Positions 10,607 to 23,557 of a stretch of DNA of 64,000 nucleotides are shown piece by piece. Where the stretch lies: NCBI GenBank assembly GCA_002269645.1, contig NIVC01000085.1:496001-560000 (forward strand). The letters are read 5' to 3'. This stretch comes from Macrostomum lignano. Lineage: Eukaryota. The notes under the pieces are model-generated. The model was not told the origin of the DNA. It ran no database searches and saw only the letters and a program-made list of their open reading frames with translations. The position numbers and the translations under genes are program-made. Positions within the stretch are counted from its first letter, which is position 1. Each line of letters opens with the position of its first letter.

Positions 10607-13206
10607 ATGCACTCTCAGCTCTCCCGCTTCTCGGATCATACCAGACTCACATGCTGCTTCCACAGGCGCCTGAGCAATCAGCTGCATCGACTGCTCAGAA
10701 AGGCGGGATTCACCGAGCAGAGAGCAGAGTGTCAGCAGAGACTGGCTGATTGGCTGCAAAAAGTCGCTCGAGTCCTCACACAGGATGGCTATCGCAGAAA
10801 TATGACGGGCAGCTACGCAGAGGGCTGGGCCAACAGTCTGGTGCAAGTGAACGGCAGGACAGCTGCAGACTCGGACATTGACTGGACTGTGCTGGCTGTT
10901 GAGCAAGAGCTCCATCTGGAAGGTGGCTGCGACGGCTGCAGAGACGCCACTCCGCTGCAGGTCGAGGAGGGCCACGCACAGGTGGCAGCAGGAGCAGGTG
11001 AGTGAGGCTGGGTTCATCATCACAATGCTGAGATCCGCATGCAACTGGAAGCCCATTAACTTTGCTCAATTTTAAATTCACAACCGAGTGGCGCCCAGCC
11101 TCCAGCAGCTTCTGTGACTGCGAATGTCGGCTTGGGTGCTGAACATAGCAACAGGGCAATGAGACGAAGAACTTTTGAACAATGGCTTAGAGTGAGAGAT
11201 TGGTTTCTGATGTGAGTAAGGGAAGAAAGCCCTGAGTAAGGGAAGAAAGCCCTGAGTAAGGGAAGAAAGCCCTGAGTAAGGGAAGAAAGCCCTGAGTAAG
11301 GGAAGAAAGCCCTGAGTAAGGGAAGAAAGCCCTGAGTAAGGGAAGAAAGCCCTGAGTAAGGGAAGAAAGCCCTGAGTAAGGGAAGAAAGCCCTGAGTAAG
11401 GGAAGAAAGCCTGCTGCGCCAGTCTTTCAGATAGTCTGCTTGAGGGCTTAGCAGCTGTGCAAAGCAAAAATCAAGTATTGTAAATCAATCGATTATCGTC
11501 ATCAATGCTTTAAAAAAGTTACGAGCCTAACAATTGGTTCTTGTTAACTAGTTCGTAGAGTCATTTACGAGCTTAAACAATCATTTACTAAATAAAATTA
11601 AAGGTAATACTGCGTAATAACAACAAAACAACAAGAACACTTTTTTGACTGAATTATGTGTGAAAATAAATTATCTGAAATATCCAGGAAAGAATAGCGG
11701 CGTATAAAAGCAGTTTCAAACCAAACCATCTTTTTTCCTCATCGCAATGCGACTCTCCGCTCACTGCGCTCTGCAGGCAGCCAACCTGCAGTGGCAGCCA
11801 CAGCATGTGGTTTTCGGCCTGCACAGGACACGTGCCATGCGATCGACTGCTGCAGCAGCTTCTGTGAGGACAGAATTGAAAAACTGCTTAATACTAGACA
11901 CAGTTATACTATTGTTCACCTCGTGCGGGCGACCAGACCGAGCTCGACCAACGAGCTCAGAGTGAGCTTCAGCTTCCAAGAGAAAGACATCATGAGACAG
12001 CTGAGCACAGTCCAGGGCCAGCTGTTTACACTCATCAAGTTCATCTTCAAGAGACACTTGCCGCTCACTCTGGACACACCTGGACTCAAGACCTACCATG
12101 CAAAGACTCTGCTCTTTTTTATGCTGGAGAAGCAAAGCAAACGATCTTGGGTAAAAGCTCGTTGGCAGCCCCACAATCTGATCGCTCTGCTCAACGAGTC
12201 TCTCGACATGATGCTGAGTTTCATCGACTCAAGATGCTCGCCCGATGAGTGCATGCCGCACTTCTTCATGCCCGACGCTCCGCTCTACTTCAAGAACGCT
12301 GGAATCGGCGGCGACTTCGACAACACAAAGGCGAGGGTTCGAGACCGACTTCGTGAGCTGAGAAGTGACATCGGCGGAGTGGTCGACCAGCTGAGAACTC
12401 ACGTGAGACCTCTGCAGTCAGAGAAGTTCTACTTTCACCCGTTCACTCTGCTGCCTCTGACAGCGCCGCCTGCTGTCACCGAGATCAGGGAAGAAAGTGA
12501 TCGCTATTCAGAAAAAATGTACTACAAGTTCGCAGACGTGTACAGTGTGGTGCACCAGTGTGTGAGCGAGCTGCAGTCGGAAACGAGCAACAGAAGCACC
12601 CTGATGAGCCAGCTCAGTCTCCTGCACGAGCTGCAGTGGTGCAAGTGCGCCGCCCTGTGCATGACAGTCATGGCACATTTGAAGTTCGGAGAATCTGAGG
12701 AGGCTGAGAGACTCGCGACGGAGCTGCAGAGACATCAGGTTGAGTCAGGGTTGAAGCCACAGGATATTCAAGAGACATATATCCCTCAATTGCCAAAAGT
12801 CTCAGACTGGGCGTGGAGGTTCTGCCTCCCCTGCGACTCTCCGCCTCGCTTCCCATTCCTTCCCGAGTTCACGCAGACTCTGTTCACAGCCAGACTGTCG
12901 CAGCCTCTTTCCTCCCACCTGTACGTGAACTTCCGCTGCCTGAGCTGGAGTCTCCAAGCTGAGCTGCTCCGCAATCGCGCACCTGCAATCGCATTCGATC
13001 ATTGGATTGAACAGCTGCTTGGAGACCCGGACTTGGAGGAGCTGCTCACTCTGGCTCACTACAGCGACTGCCGCGAGCACGTGGAGCTCAGCCTGCAGCA
13101 GATGGAGATGATCGAGAAAGAGAGACGCGTCGCCATGGAGACGCAGGACGAGAAGAAGATCGGCTGGGTCAGGCAGAAGCTGGAGAGACTTGATTCAGCA
13201 GATTAA
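10607..13206 (+). CDS. Mab-21 / cGAS-like receptor (cGLR) nucleotidyltransferase; exons about 10607-10997 and 11777-13206
   Basis: Exon 1 has NTase motifs TGSYAEG...DSDIDW. Intron 10998-11776 (GTGAG...CTGCAG, phase 1) joins the two ORFs in frame. Exon 2 has HAIDCC, LRVSFSFQEK, LKTYHAKTLLF, W..HNL and CMPHFFMP, typical of Mab-21-family C-terminal motifs. The true 5' end is uncertain. Confidence 0.85.
11213..11411. repeat. 20-bp minisatellite (TGAGTAAGGGAAGAAAGCCC) x about 10, in the cGLR intron
   Basis: Perfect tandem copies read directly. Confidence 0.95.
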
Positions 13207-13249
13207 ACTAAAAATTTTACAATTGACTTTATATGAGAAAACTGTAGAG

Positions 13250-13510
13250 GCTCTCTGATAAATTCTGACTATACACGCTCTCTGATGTAAATTATGTATG
13301 ATTTTATACGCTCTCTGATATATAATGTATGATTTTACACGCTCTCCGATATAAATTATGTATGATTTTATACGCTCTCTGATATATAATGTCTGATTTT
13401 ATACGCTCTCTGATATATAATGTCTGATTTTACACGCTCTCTGATATAAATTATGTATGATTTTATACGCTCTCTGATATATAATGTCTGATTTTATATG
13501 CACTCTGATC
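13250..13510. repeat. 32-35-bp AT-rich minisatellite (ACGCTCTCTGATATAAATTATGTATGATTTT..) x about 8, just 3' of the cGLR stop
   Basis: Direct tandem copies; the same motif recurs at about 27580-27987 and 34710-35127. Confidence 0.9.
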
Positions 13511-13925
13511 AGCAGTGTCGGAAAATATTTCAGAATGGGGGGCTCTTGGTGTGAGGACACATTGCACAAAGTTTCTTTTAATCTAAGGGCACCCAAAATC
13601 CTGCTGTTATATCGCAGCTCAGCTCCAATATTCAGCTCTGTGTTGGAAGTAGCCAAAAGTCTGAAAATGCTCCAATTTTCAACTAATTCAAACATTTCGC
13701 AACAGTACTGTACTATCAATTTATTTAGTAAATATTTCAAATGAATGAATTTTGCAAGGTCGAGACCAGTAATTTTCTGGATCTCTTGGCTGCCTCCTTC
13801 AGTTCCTCTTGGCGCTGTCTCTATTGTTTTATCTGACGGCATTTTAGTGATTGGGGATTGCGGCGGACTCGGAATTTCGATCAGAGGCGCCAAAGGAGAA
13901 GGGCTGAATACTAAAATTACAATAG

Positions 13926-14335
13926 CAGGGGTCGTCAAACTCCGGCCCGCGGGCCACATGCGGCCCGCAAAGCCTCTCTATCCCGCCCTCGGGTCTTTTG
14001 AAACTTCACAATAGCGATCCGGCTCGCTCAATGTTTGTGTCTCTTCTCAGCTCTCTTCTCTCACCTCTCTTCTTATAGTCTCTCCTCTCCTCTCCTCTCC
14101 TCTCCTCTCCTCTCCTCTCCTCTCCTCTCCTCTCCTCTCCTCTCCTCTCCTCTCCTCTCCTCTCCTCTCCTCTCCTCTCCTCTCCTCTCCTCTCCTCTCC
14201 TCTCCTCTCCTCTCCTCTCGTCTCCTCTCCTCTCCTTTCCTCTCCTCTCCCTTTGCTTCTCTTCTTCTCCCTTCCCTCCTCTCTTCTCTCCTTCTCTCCT
14301 CTCTCTTCTATTCGTCTCTCCTCTCGTCTCTCCAA
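13926..14335 (+). mobile_element. Left end of a hAT (Charlie-like) non-autonomous element followed by a (CTCTC)n tract
   Basis: Starts CAGGGGTCGTCAAACTCCGGCCCGCGGGCCACATGCGGCCCGC (Charlie-type terminus). The same left end plus CTCTC tract occurs at 54797-55353. Confidence 0.65.
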
Positions 14336-14339
14336 GGTG

Positions 14340-16442
14340 CATTACACTGGTGCTGTTATAAAGGTTTCCACCTGTCCGTTCAACACGTTTACCTGCATTG
14401 ATTCCTGTTTGTCGTGCAGGCCAAGCTTGGATGCTATCGCCGCATTCAAATAGGTCTTTGTGCTGGCCTCATCAAGTAAGGTATTGACCTTCACCGCGCG
14501 CCTATTCGCCTTAAGAATTACCGGAACCGTTCAGAGTGAAACCGCACTGGCTTCTCTAGCTACCATTGTCAGGGTTGCAGGTTTCGGCTGCGACTGCATT
14601 TCTTGCTCAGCACCGGCTTTTCCTTCTGACTTCTCTTTCGATTCCGACCTAGCAGCGCTTGAGTGCAACAGGAGATGGTGGGATTTTTCGCATCCGTCAA
14701 TGCCACACCTGCGACCTCGTCGATAATTTTGACCTGTGTGACCATGTCCCAGACAGCGGAAACACGCTTTTGCTTCCTGAGAAGCCTTCCATAGATTCTC
14801 AGACGACAGCTTTTTGAACGCTGGACACTTTCATGGAGCGTGTGTCTCCTTGCAGACAACACAAGAATAGCTCTCCCTACGCGAACTCTTGCTCTGATGT
14901 GCTACATAAAAAGGTCTTCTGCTTCCCTTCCTTCTTTGGGTGCTCCTGGCTGGAGGTGGCCACACCGTGCACAATCTCTGCTGCCTGAGTTCGAAACTCG
15001 GCTTCGCGCAACACCCACTCACGGAGTGTTCTCACGTCTTCTGACTTCTCCTTCTCGAACACCCAACGGCGAAATGCTGCGACCATCGGCTCCGGAAGTT
15101 TCTTTTGCAACCTAGCATAAAGCAGTCCATCACTAAGTTCTGTATTCTTGCCGGCTTCTTCCAAATTAATTACGGCCACATCAAGGATGTTTGCGAACTT
15201 CTTAAGCTCCTCCGCACTATTCTGCTTCACAGGTGGAAAACTGTCCAGTTCCTCTAAGTAAAGAGCCAACTGTCGCCTCTTGCCGCCATACTCGCGCTCC
15301 AGCCTCTCTTTCGCCGCCTCATAAGCCGCAGTCGAATGTCCAAGGTGCTCGATCACTTTCAATGCCACTCCCTTCAAATACTGCCTCAGCTGAAGAAGCT
15401 TGAATTCTGGAGTTGCTGGTGCCCTATCGATGTAAGTCATGAATGCAGCCTTCCATGCTTCATACTGCGGCTTGTCGCCATAGAAAGTCGGAATCTCCAC
15501 CCTGCGCAGCATCTTCCATAAATCCTTGGACAACTCATGAACCGATGAATTACGGATTTCGTCTTCGTCCTCCGCTTCCATCTCAGCGCCCGCATGCTGA
15601 TTGGAAGAAGGCAAAAAGCCAAAATCACCACCATAGTCTCTGTACAAAGTCTGCTGCCGCTGGCCTTGCATGGACTCCGCGTAGAATTCGAATCACCCCT
15701 CTCAACTGGCCTGCGCCGCTGCTGCCGCCGCTGCTGAAGTCTTCAACGTCGCTGCCGTTGCCTCCTCTTGTGCCACCGCTACTGTAGGTGCTATTGTCGT
15801 TGCTCTGTAGTCCTTGAGGTACCGATGAACCTCTTGCATTGTCGTCCGGTAGTCGTCCTCAATGACGTCAATTTCGTCGAGCAGCCGAGAATACTGAGCT
15901 GCGTCGCTTTTCTGCCGTTTCAACTCATCGCACAGCTCGTACAGCGTCTCGGTTGTACCTTCGAATATCTCGGTGACGACTTCTTATTGTCGTTGAATCG
16001 CGCTCTTGTCGAATCCGTCTTGTAGCAGCCAGGCTAGCTTATTTCTGTTCTTGGTCAGCGCAGACTTGAACTTTGACTTTTCTCGTCGCAACGACTGCAA
16101 CTTGATATCGTCTGGCTGTTCAACAGATTCAGCCTGTGTTTCCTCTTCGCCTGACATTCTTCTATAGTTTGCTAGCGTGAAAAAAAACTATCGATGACAA
16201 CCACGCTCTGCTATTAAATGTTTTAGAGCTATAAAAAACTAAGAAAATCAGGCCTATGAATTATAATGCGATGAAAAGTAATAGGCTATAACGCGCAAAA
16301 AAGGAGGGTGCCCCAGTGGGCTGCGAAGAAGCTATGCTTTATATTTTGCTTGACCTTTGATTTCTAGATGTACGCACGCGATGTACAAGTCCGTGAGTGG
16401 TGTGATTAGCGGGGAAGGAAAAAACTGACTTATGCAATAACA
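14340..16442 (-). mobile_element. BEL/Pao LTR retrotransposon, 3'-truncated and defective (copy 1): 5' LTR 16219-16442, gag, zinc knuckles, aspartic protease
   Basis: DUF1759-like gag (LRRVEIPTFYGD...KLLQLRQYLKG...AKERLEREYGG), knuckles CVVCKETH and CFRCLGHGH...CGIDGCEKSHH, protease VSL*TVPVIL...VNTLLDEASTKTY with a CGA>TGA stop. LTR bounded by TG...CA. Several stops and frameshifts. Confidence 0.85.
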
Positions 16443-17566
16443 ATGCAGGGTGGGTGCGCGCACAGACTAAACTGACAAGCGTGCAACCTTACTTTTCAAA
16501 CCAGTTAGTGTGCTCCAAAAAAGGTCAAATGACCACCCCACGGCCGTGGCCTTCTCCCTGGGGCTGCCCACGCACTTAAACCCCGGGTACTCTTTGCCAG
16601 AACAGTCTCTTATTATCTTTGAAGTGGCAGGAGGGCTAATCGCCGGGACTATTTCACCCTTTGCTTCGCCAACCCACCACATAAATAGGGGCCATGCCAA
16701 CGGCTCCGTCCTGCTTAGACTCAGGCTTAGGTTCTGGCATACTCCAGCTTAAAGCTGGCTGTTCACTAGAGGACACTGCTGAGGGAGACCGTCAGAGCAT
16801 CAACTGGAACAGGTATAGGCCTGCCTTCCTATACAGCTACCCACGGCCCTTCCTGATCGACTATTACCCTACAATCCAGCCTACTAACTCATTACAAGCT
16901 TTCGACCAGGCAGAGACAAGTGTCACAGAGGTACTGCGATTAGGCGCCTCTATGCGAGACAGAACCAGTGACGATAAAATACAACGGTTGTAAGTAACCA
17001 TCAAGTGTTTGCATCATCAGGAAAAGTCAGTCGAATCCGCTGCCTCAGTTATTTGGCTCTCACATTGATACTTGGAGTAGACCTAGAGCCATAGAAGTGA
17101 GAGACGAGACAAACAACAGTATATTTTAAATATTTTACTGAAAGCTTTATATGATCATAACAAATAATGACGCACGTCATGCGAATCAAAGAGTCAAAGA
17201 AATGATTTTACCATAACATTCCTAGCACCCAGTTGTAAACAGAACAACATACAGATTGTCTGTGGCCTAAAATCAAAGGCCCAAGGTCTATGGACCAAAG
17301 ATCATGTAGGCTAATGAGAGGCGCTGATTAGACTTCGAAGCAGAATGCTTCAGGCTAAACTGTCAATCGCATTTCTAGGAGGCAAAAGAAGGTAAAATAC
17401 ATGTAAGGTAAAGGAAAAAGAGAAAAAAGTTCAAACCGAAGAAAAATGAGAAAGAAAAAGTAGGAGAAGAAGAAATTCAATCCGCCATCTTCTCTGCTGC
17501 GGCAGCACCTGATATGACATTTGGGTTTCTTTAGTGCTACGAGTACTGTACAGCGGGATAACCGAC

Positions 17567-20500
17567 TCAAGCGGCATCGATGGCATTGTCGGCAGGCTTC
17601 AACGCGTCGCTCTCCTTCGACTTCTCTTCGTCGACAAACTGCGTATTTTGCTTCTCGTCTGTCGAATCCGTCAGTCGATAATTGGCACGCCTGAAAATAG
17701 TTTTGAGCGAACAAAGAATGAAAGACAGTTGCGTCGGGATGTCAAAGTTTTCGAGTTGACTCACCGACTCTTCAGCAGATCCTCCGCCGTATCCGGCAGC
17801 GGCATGCCGCGAGTCTCAGGCAGAGCGCAGGCGAGGCCTGCGATGACAAAGCAGGAGGCTGAGAAGACGAGGAAGGCAACAGCGGGACCGAATTCCTTGC
17901 CGATAAAGACGTCCTGTGGGTAAGTGAGAAGTGATCTCGACGTGAAAATCAGGAGCTGGTGGTGTGCGTCAAGACACAACGACTCACCAGGTGTCCCAGC
18001 ACAGGCGCAAACAGAGTCCCGAGTCTGGCAAACAGCGAACTTATCGAGAGCACAGCGCCTCTAACACTGGTGGGCGCCAGCTCCGCAGTCCACATGTAGG
18101 CCATCAAATAGGAGACGCCGATCAACATCTTACTGGCCAGCGACAACGCAACGATGACCCAAGTTAACCCTAAGGGGATTGGATTGAGAAGGAATCGTGG
18201 ATCGAGTACACAGAAAACGGTTTTGTGATTAATCCAAACTAAACACTACACCAAAATACTCTGTACAAGCTTGTACAGGCGGCAAGTCTTATGCTTCACA
18301 CAAGTCTTTAAGCCCCCGAAAATACGCCAGCAGGTAACTTTGAGCTCAAGAAGAGTATCAAGTTTTCAGGACAAAGGTGAACAGTTTTAAGATATCCTAA
18401 AGCTGGTACTCAGTGCATTCTACATATGATGGCGTCATTGCATGATTGCTTGACAACAGACGGTCACAGACCTGCGCGCCATCTCACCAGCTGCCCAAAC
18501 GCTAGTAAGCGCCAGCACTAGCATGAAGAATCCAGAGCCCGCTAACGACGTCAGGTAGGTTGATTTTCTGCCGATTCTGTCAGCGGCCACTTGCATGAAA
18601 AGCGCGGCAGGAAACTCGGCCAACCCGAGCATTCCGGTGATGAAAAATATACCACCTGGTAGGTTCTTTGAAGCCATCGAAATGCCGTAGAATGCAGCTG
18701 AGACACCGAACCTGAACAGTGAAACTTGAGGTCCAGTACATAATGCACTCACCAGTTACAGCACACGATGCACAGAGTACATGATGCACTCACCAGTTAC
18801 AGCAGATGATGCAGAATCTCATGACCAGATTCGGTGACTTCGCCAGCAGCATCATCGACTTCGTCACCGACTGCGTCCCTCCCGTCAGTCTCCGACCCGC
18901 CTCCCGCATCTCCTTCAGCAGCTGCTGCGGATTCTTCGCTCCGTTCATTCGCAGCATCCGGCGAACAACTGCGGCAGCCTCGGAGTCTCTGCCGCGACTC
19001 AGCAGCCAACGAGGAGTTTCAGGTGCAAAATACGGGAGGTGGGCGAGTGCGAGGGCGAGAGACGTCAGTGACAGAGTCACCAGAGAGTAACCGCGCCATG
19101 ACCTGAGACATGACAGACATGATGAAGGTATGTTAGACACGAGACTCACACCTGCTTGTATCAGTCTCATTTTCTTACTCATGCAAACTCATGCATCAAA
19201 TTTGGTCAAATATGAATCAGTGAATCACCCAACGTGGCAGCAAACAGGTGTCAGGCTGAATTTATCAGAACTTTTTCGATTGAATTTTTTTCCAACTTAC
19301 CTGGTTGTCATGGCAATAAGCGGCGGCACTGTGGCCCCAATCGCCGAGCAGTAGGCGGTGATGGAACCAACGTGGTGCCTGGCCTTGGGTCCAACCAGCT
19401 CGAACAGCATGACGTAGCCGACTGTGTAGGCTGGCAGGATTCCGGCACCAACCAGCAGGAAGGCGATCGCCGAGTAGATCGGCGAGACAGTGAAGCAGGC
19501 CGCGACGTCGGCGAGCGTCAGCAGCCAGACAGACAGCAGGAGGCACTTACGCCTGCCAAGCCTGCGGCATTGTACGGTGAGACAAATTCTAGATTGTAAG
19601 TTTCTAAAATATTCAGTGACAGAAAAATGGAGACAGACCGATCGATTTGATGTGGACATGAACTCCGACAGCCGAGCGAAACTCACCAGTCCGAGAGCAT
19701 TCCAGAGATAAAGATGCCGCACAGAAGGCCGCCGAAAGTACAAGTTGACAGGATGGTGGTCAGCTTCTGTCGCGAGCAGACCAGCTTGTACTGTGGTGTT
19801 CAGATTGCAGGTTAGTGGTTACTAAGCTGGAAAACACTAAGCCATTTCTTACTGCCATCAGCTGACCAACATGTCCATGGTAAAACCCATCCTGTTACAA
19901 ACATGTCTATGGTAAAACCCATCCCGTTACAAACATGTCCATGGTAAAACCCATCCCGTTACAAACATGTCTATGGTAAAACCCATCCCGTTACAAACAT
20001 GTCTATGGTAAAACCCATCCCGTTACAAACATGTCTATGGTAAAACCCATCTCCCCAATCTCCCATTTCTCCCCCTGTCCCACTCATAAGTGATGAGTCA
20101 CCTCAGTAACAATAGTTGACTCAAACTGTTCTGAATCGAATATCCAGTCGCTGCAGGCAGTGACGGATCCGTTGAGTCTGTAGTGGCAGGTGTCGAATTC
20201 GCTGCTGTTGTCAACGGTAGGAATGAAGTCGGAGATGGCGGCTGCGTGCTCGGGGCTGGCGGGGAGAATCGAATCGTTGGCTGACCAGGCAGAGGAGGGA
20301 GGGAGACGGCACCTGCGCGGATGTCGAGTTGTCAACTTGGTTACCATGGCAACTGCTGTTGCTTTTGCAACTGATTAGTGGAATTGGGCTACTGACTCTC
20401 TAGCTGTCCGCTTGATCATTAGAGGCCTGGCTGGCTAGACAGCCTTCCTGACATTTGACTTCTCCATTGTAAACTTCAATTCCAGCCCCAACACTTTTGA

Positions 20501-20650
20501 TTAAATGTCTCACCTGTGGTTGGGCACGTAAAGAACAAAAATTGGTCCCAGAATGTGCACTGGCGCCACTACGGCAATAAAGAATGGCAGAAAAGTCGTG
20601 ACCAACTGAAAACAGCCGCAATGGCTAGTCCCTCTGAACACGGCATCCAT
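17567..20650 (-). CDS. SLC22-family (organic cation transporter-like, MFS) gene; exons 20650-20514, 20370-20102, 19790-19687, 19561-19301, 19102-18794, 18711-18488, 18169-17988, 17913-17765, 17690-17567; apparent 1-nt frameshift in exon 2
   Basis: All introns are GT-AG. Motifs: PNH.C, WIFDSEQFESTIVTE|YKLVC, SDWLGRRK, FELVGPKAR, PETPRWL, ADRIGRK, TAELAPTSVRG, LPETRGMPLPDTAED. Exon phases join except exon 2 (269 nt, one base too long). Confidence 0.88.
19868..20051. repeat. 32-bp minisatellite (AACATGTCYATGGTAAAACCCATCCCGTTACA) x about 5.7 in an SLC22 intron
   Basis: Direct tandem copies. Confidence 0.9.
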
Positions 20651-21154
20651 GACTGGCTCAGATAGTTGTCTGCCCGGGACAAGCGGTTAGTCTCTCTCTC
20701 TCGCGTTTATGGTCGTTTCGAGTGAGAGGAGGACGCGGGCGATATAAAATCCTGCAGTTCTGGCAGCGGCAGCACAAACAGCAGAACGGCAGCAGCAAAA
20801 ATGATAAGAGGCGAATGATCTCGCAAATAAATCTCTGTAATAAAAATGCGGCAGGCATCAAAGCAATCGGCTGCCAAAATCGTGCAGGTAAACGTGGAGG
20901 GAGGGAGGTGGCTCTGCTGTGCAACCCATTGATGCCTTTGACTCGGCGCCGCCTCTTCTAAGCAAATGAGGGAATCATGGCATTGCTGCACAGCATTGGC
21001 ATTCACCAGTATATTTATATCCAGTCTATTACATATTCTGGCATATTAAATTCCCCAGTTATCCCATTTTCGCTCATTAGCTTGCAGCCAAAAGTTCATG
21101 TGCTGCATGCATGGAAACTTCAAAACTGTTTTGATGCTGTTTAATAAACTGAAA

Positions 21155-21841
21155 GGGGATGTGAACTTAAGCTTCAGAATGGAGCTCGAATGAGGCCAGC
21201 TGACCAAACCGACTGGAATCGATAACTTCTTGTCGGCCCAGATGACTACAAACGCGCTGACACATTCCACCCAAGTCTATGCTACAGGGTCCTTGGGAAA
21301 AATGGGATAAATGGGGATTTCATGTGAACTTAAAGCTCTAGAGTTTATCTCGAGGACGCGCAGTGTTATGCAGCCCTCAAACCATGTTAAGGTTAGTGAT
21401 TATTTTAAACCAAGAAGCCAGTCAATGGCCCTCACATTTCAGTTTTTGGTTTAATCTGCGACTTTTTTACGGTCTAATTGCCCAAGACCATAAGGTGCCA
21501 TCAGCGCCACTCGGCTGGCGGGTGGGGAAGCGGTCGCCCCCCCACCCCCACCTTAGGAGGCGACCCACAAAAATTGTTCTGGAGGACCAATCGAATTTTC
21601 GCAAAAATCCAAGCCCGCCTTACTTCACCCTCCCTCTGCTAATCCTAGCTAATGCATTCTGGAGCTTAAGTTCACATGAAATCCCAATTTATCCCATTTC
21701 TTCCCCAGGACCCAGTAGAATAGACTCGTGGGATGCGTCAGCATTTGTAGTCATCTGGGCCGACAAGAAGTTATCGATTCCAGTCGGTTTAGTCAGCTGG
21801 CCTCAATCAAGCTCCATTCTGGAGCTTAAGTTCACATCCCC
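21155..21841. mobile_element. MITE/foldback-like element with about 185-bp imperfect terminal inverted repeats
   Basis: 21155-21343 is the reverse complement of about 21656-21841 (termini GGGGATGTGAACTTAAG...CTTAAGTTCACATCCCC) around a roughly 310-bp spacer. No clear TSD. Confidence 0.75.
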
Positions 21842-23292
21842 GAATCCATTAAGAAATTGACTTTCTGAAATGATTAGCAAGTTTTTTTGGCCTCTGCAAT
21901 ACATTACACAGTGTGCACATTTTTTTTCTAAAAAACTGTAATTCAAAATTATTTATTTCAATAAAATATGCAAAAGTATATATATATATATATACACTGA
22001 CCATTTAAAAATCATAGCCTTAAATGATACCAGTAGGGATTTACAGCATACCATGCCTGCACAATCTTTACTACTTCGATCTTAATTTTTGCGATTTGTA
22101 TAACAGAAATTGGCATTGTGGAATCAGCATAATTAATTCATTTAACATCAAACAAGAAATGCAGAATAATTTATAAATTCAGGACACAATTGTAGTCCTA
22201 ACTTTAAAATTTTCAAGCTTAATTTAGCAAAGTAGAGTGCCTTTTCATTCAAAGAAATTAACTTGATTTAATTCAAGAAGTTGTAAAAATGGGCTGCCAA
22301 ATTTTCAAAGCACACTGTTTCATACTTCGCATTATAAGCAATCATGATGAAAAGTAATCAATTTTTTATGACGAAACTATGGAACTTTAATTAATAAGGT
22401 TGGTATTAGGTGGATCGAATTTTATATAATTTAGCTTATATTTAGATTTTTACACTGTGCAAACTATAGACATAGTAGATATGATAAAATAAATAATACA
22501 ATGCATTGTGTATGATACTATGAAACAATATGGATAGTATTTTACTAGAAAGCAAAAATAACGGGATTTATAGTACTTTCTAAAGCCACTTATTGCTTGG
22601 CGCGCATTGTCTAAAGCGCTTTTAGCATTCTGATGCAGTTTCTGTGCCACATAAGATTTTTATTAAACAGCACGATGAAGCAAAGTAGTAGTAGTAGTAG
22701 TAATTTGGCTCATGCAAACAGCCTGTTTAACTAGTAAGAACTATATATAATTTGAGATTGGTTTTCGTCCTAAGATTTAAATTGTGAAAATGATGAGGAC
22801 TAGTTTTTAAAATGATCTCGAATGAGAATATCGATAAATAACGAGGTTAATAGAAGATATCAAGCCGGGACTTGAAAAAAAGCGATTTTTTATAAAGAAT
22901 TCGAAATAGCTCGTAAAGCATATATTACCGTTACCGTATTACAATTGCATTTTAAGAATTTGTTTTAACTGTTAAATAAATTGTTTGAAAATTTGTGTAT
23001 CAAAAGTATGCGCAAGGGTATATACATGCGTATTGCGTAAAAATGCATAGAGAAGTTTTAATAGTACGTGTTCTAGTAAATTTATTTTATAAACGATTGA
23101 CAGTTAAGTTTTGTAAATACTTAATTTGAAAGCACGCGACAGCACTTTTTTCTATATGTTAAAAAAGCTTATTAACGACTGAAAACTAAACACTATTAGG
23201 TCGTACAAAGGAAACTTAAAATCGAATTGAAGTTGAAATGATTGGTGTAAAAAAGTTTAATTTAACATTTGTGAATTGCGGTGTAGGTGCAG

Positions 23293-23557
23293 AATTGATA
23301 GAACGAGATTTTAACACCGAAAGAAAAGACAAACGCGGTTCTAAAGAGTCGAGTAGAAAATACATGTAAGCACTATATGGTTATTGTTTTATTTGTGAAA
23401 TATTGTTGCAAGGAAAAATAGAAAATAAGTCATTAATTATAAATTTTTTGCATCAGAGACTATAAAACTTGACGCACAGAAAAGCGGGGAAGAAAGACAA
23501 AGCATCACAAAGAACGAAGAAATGCAAACAGATAGCACCCAGGAAAGGAGAGCAAGC
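23293..23557. repeat. About 260-bp dispersed repeat (segment C); diverged copy at 31104-31360
   Basis: Shared AATTGATAGAACGAGATTT...GACGCACAGAAAAGCGGGGAAGAAAGACAAA...GGAAAGGAGAGCAAGC with many substitutions. Confidence 0.85.

Noticed and set aside
16989-17218. Possible solo LTR (TGTAAG...ATAACA)
   Set aside because: Flanks (ACGGT / TTCCT) show no target-site duplication and there is no second copy in the window.
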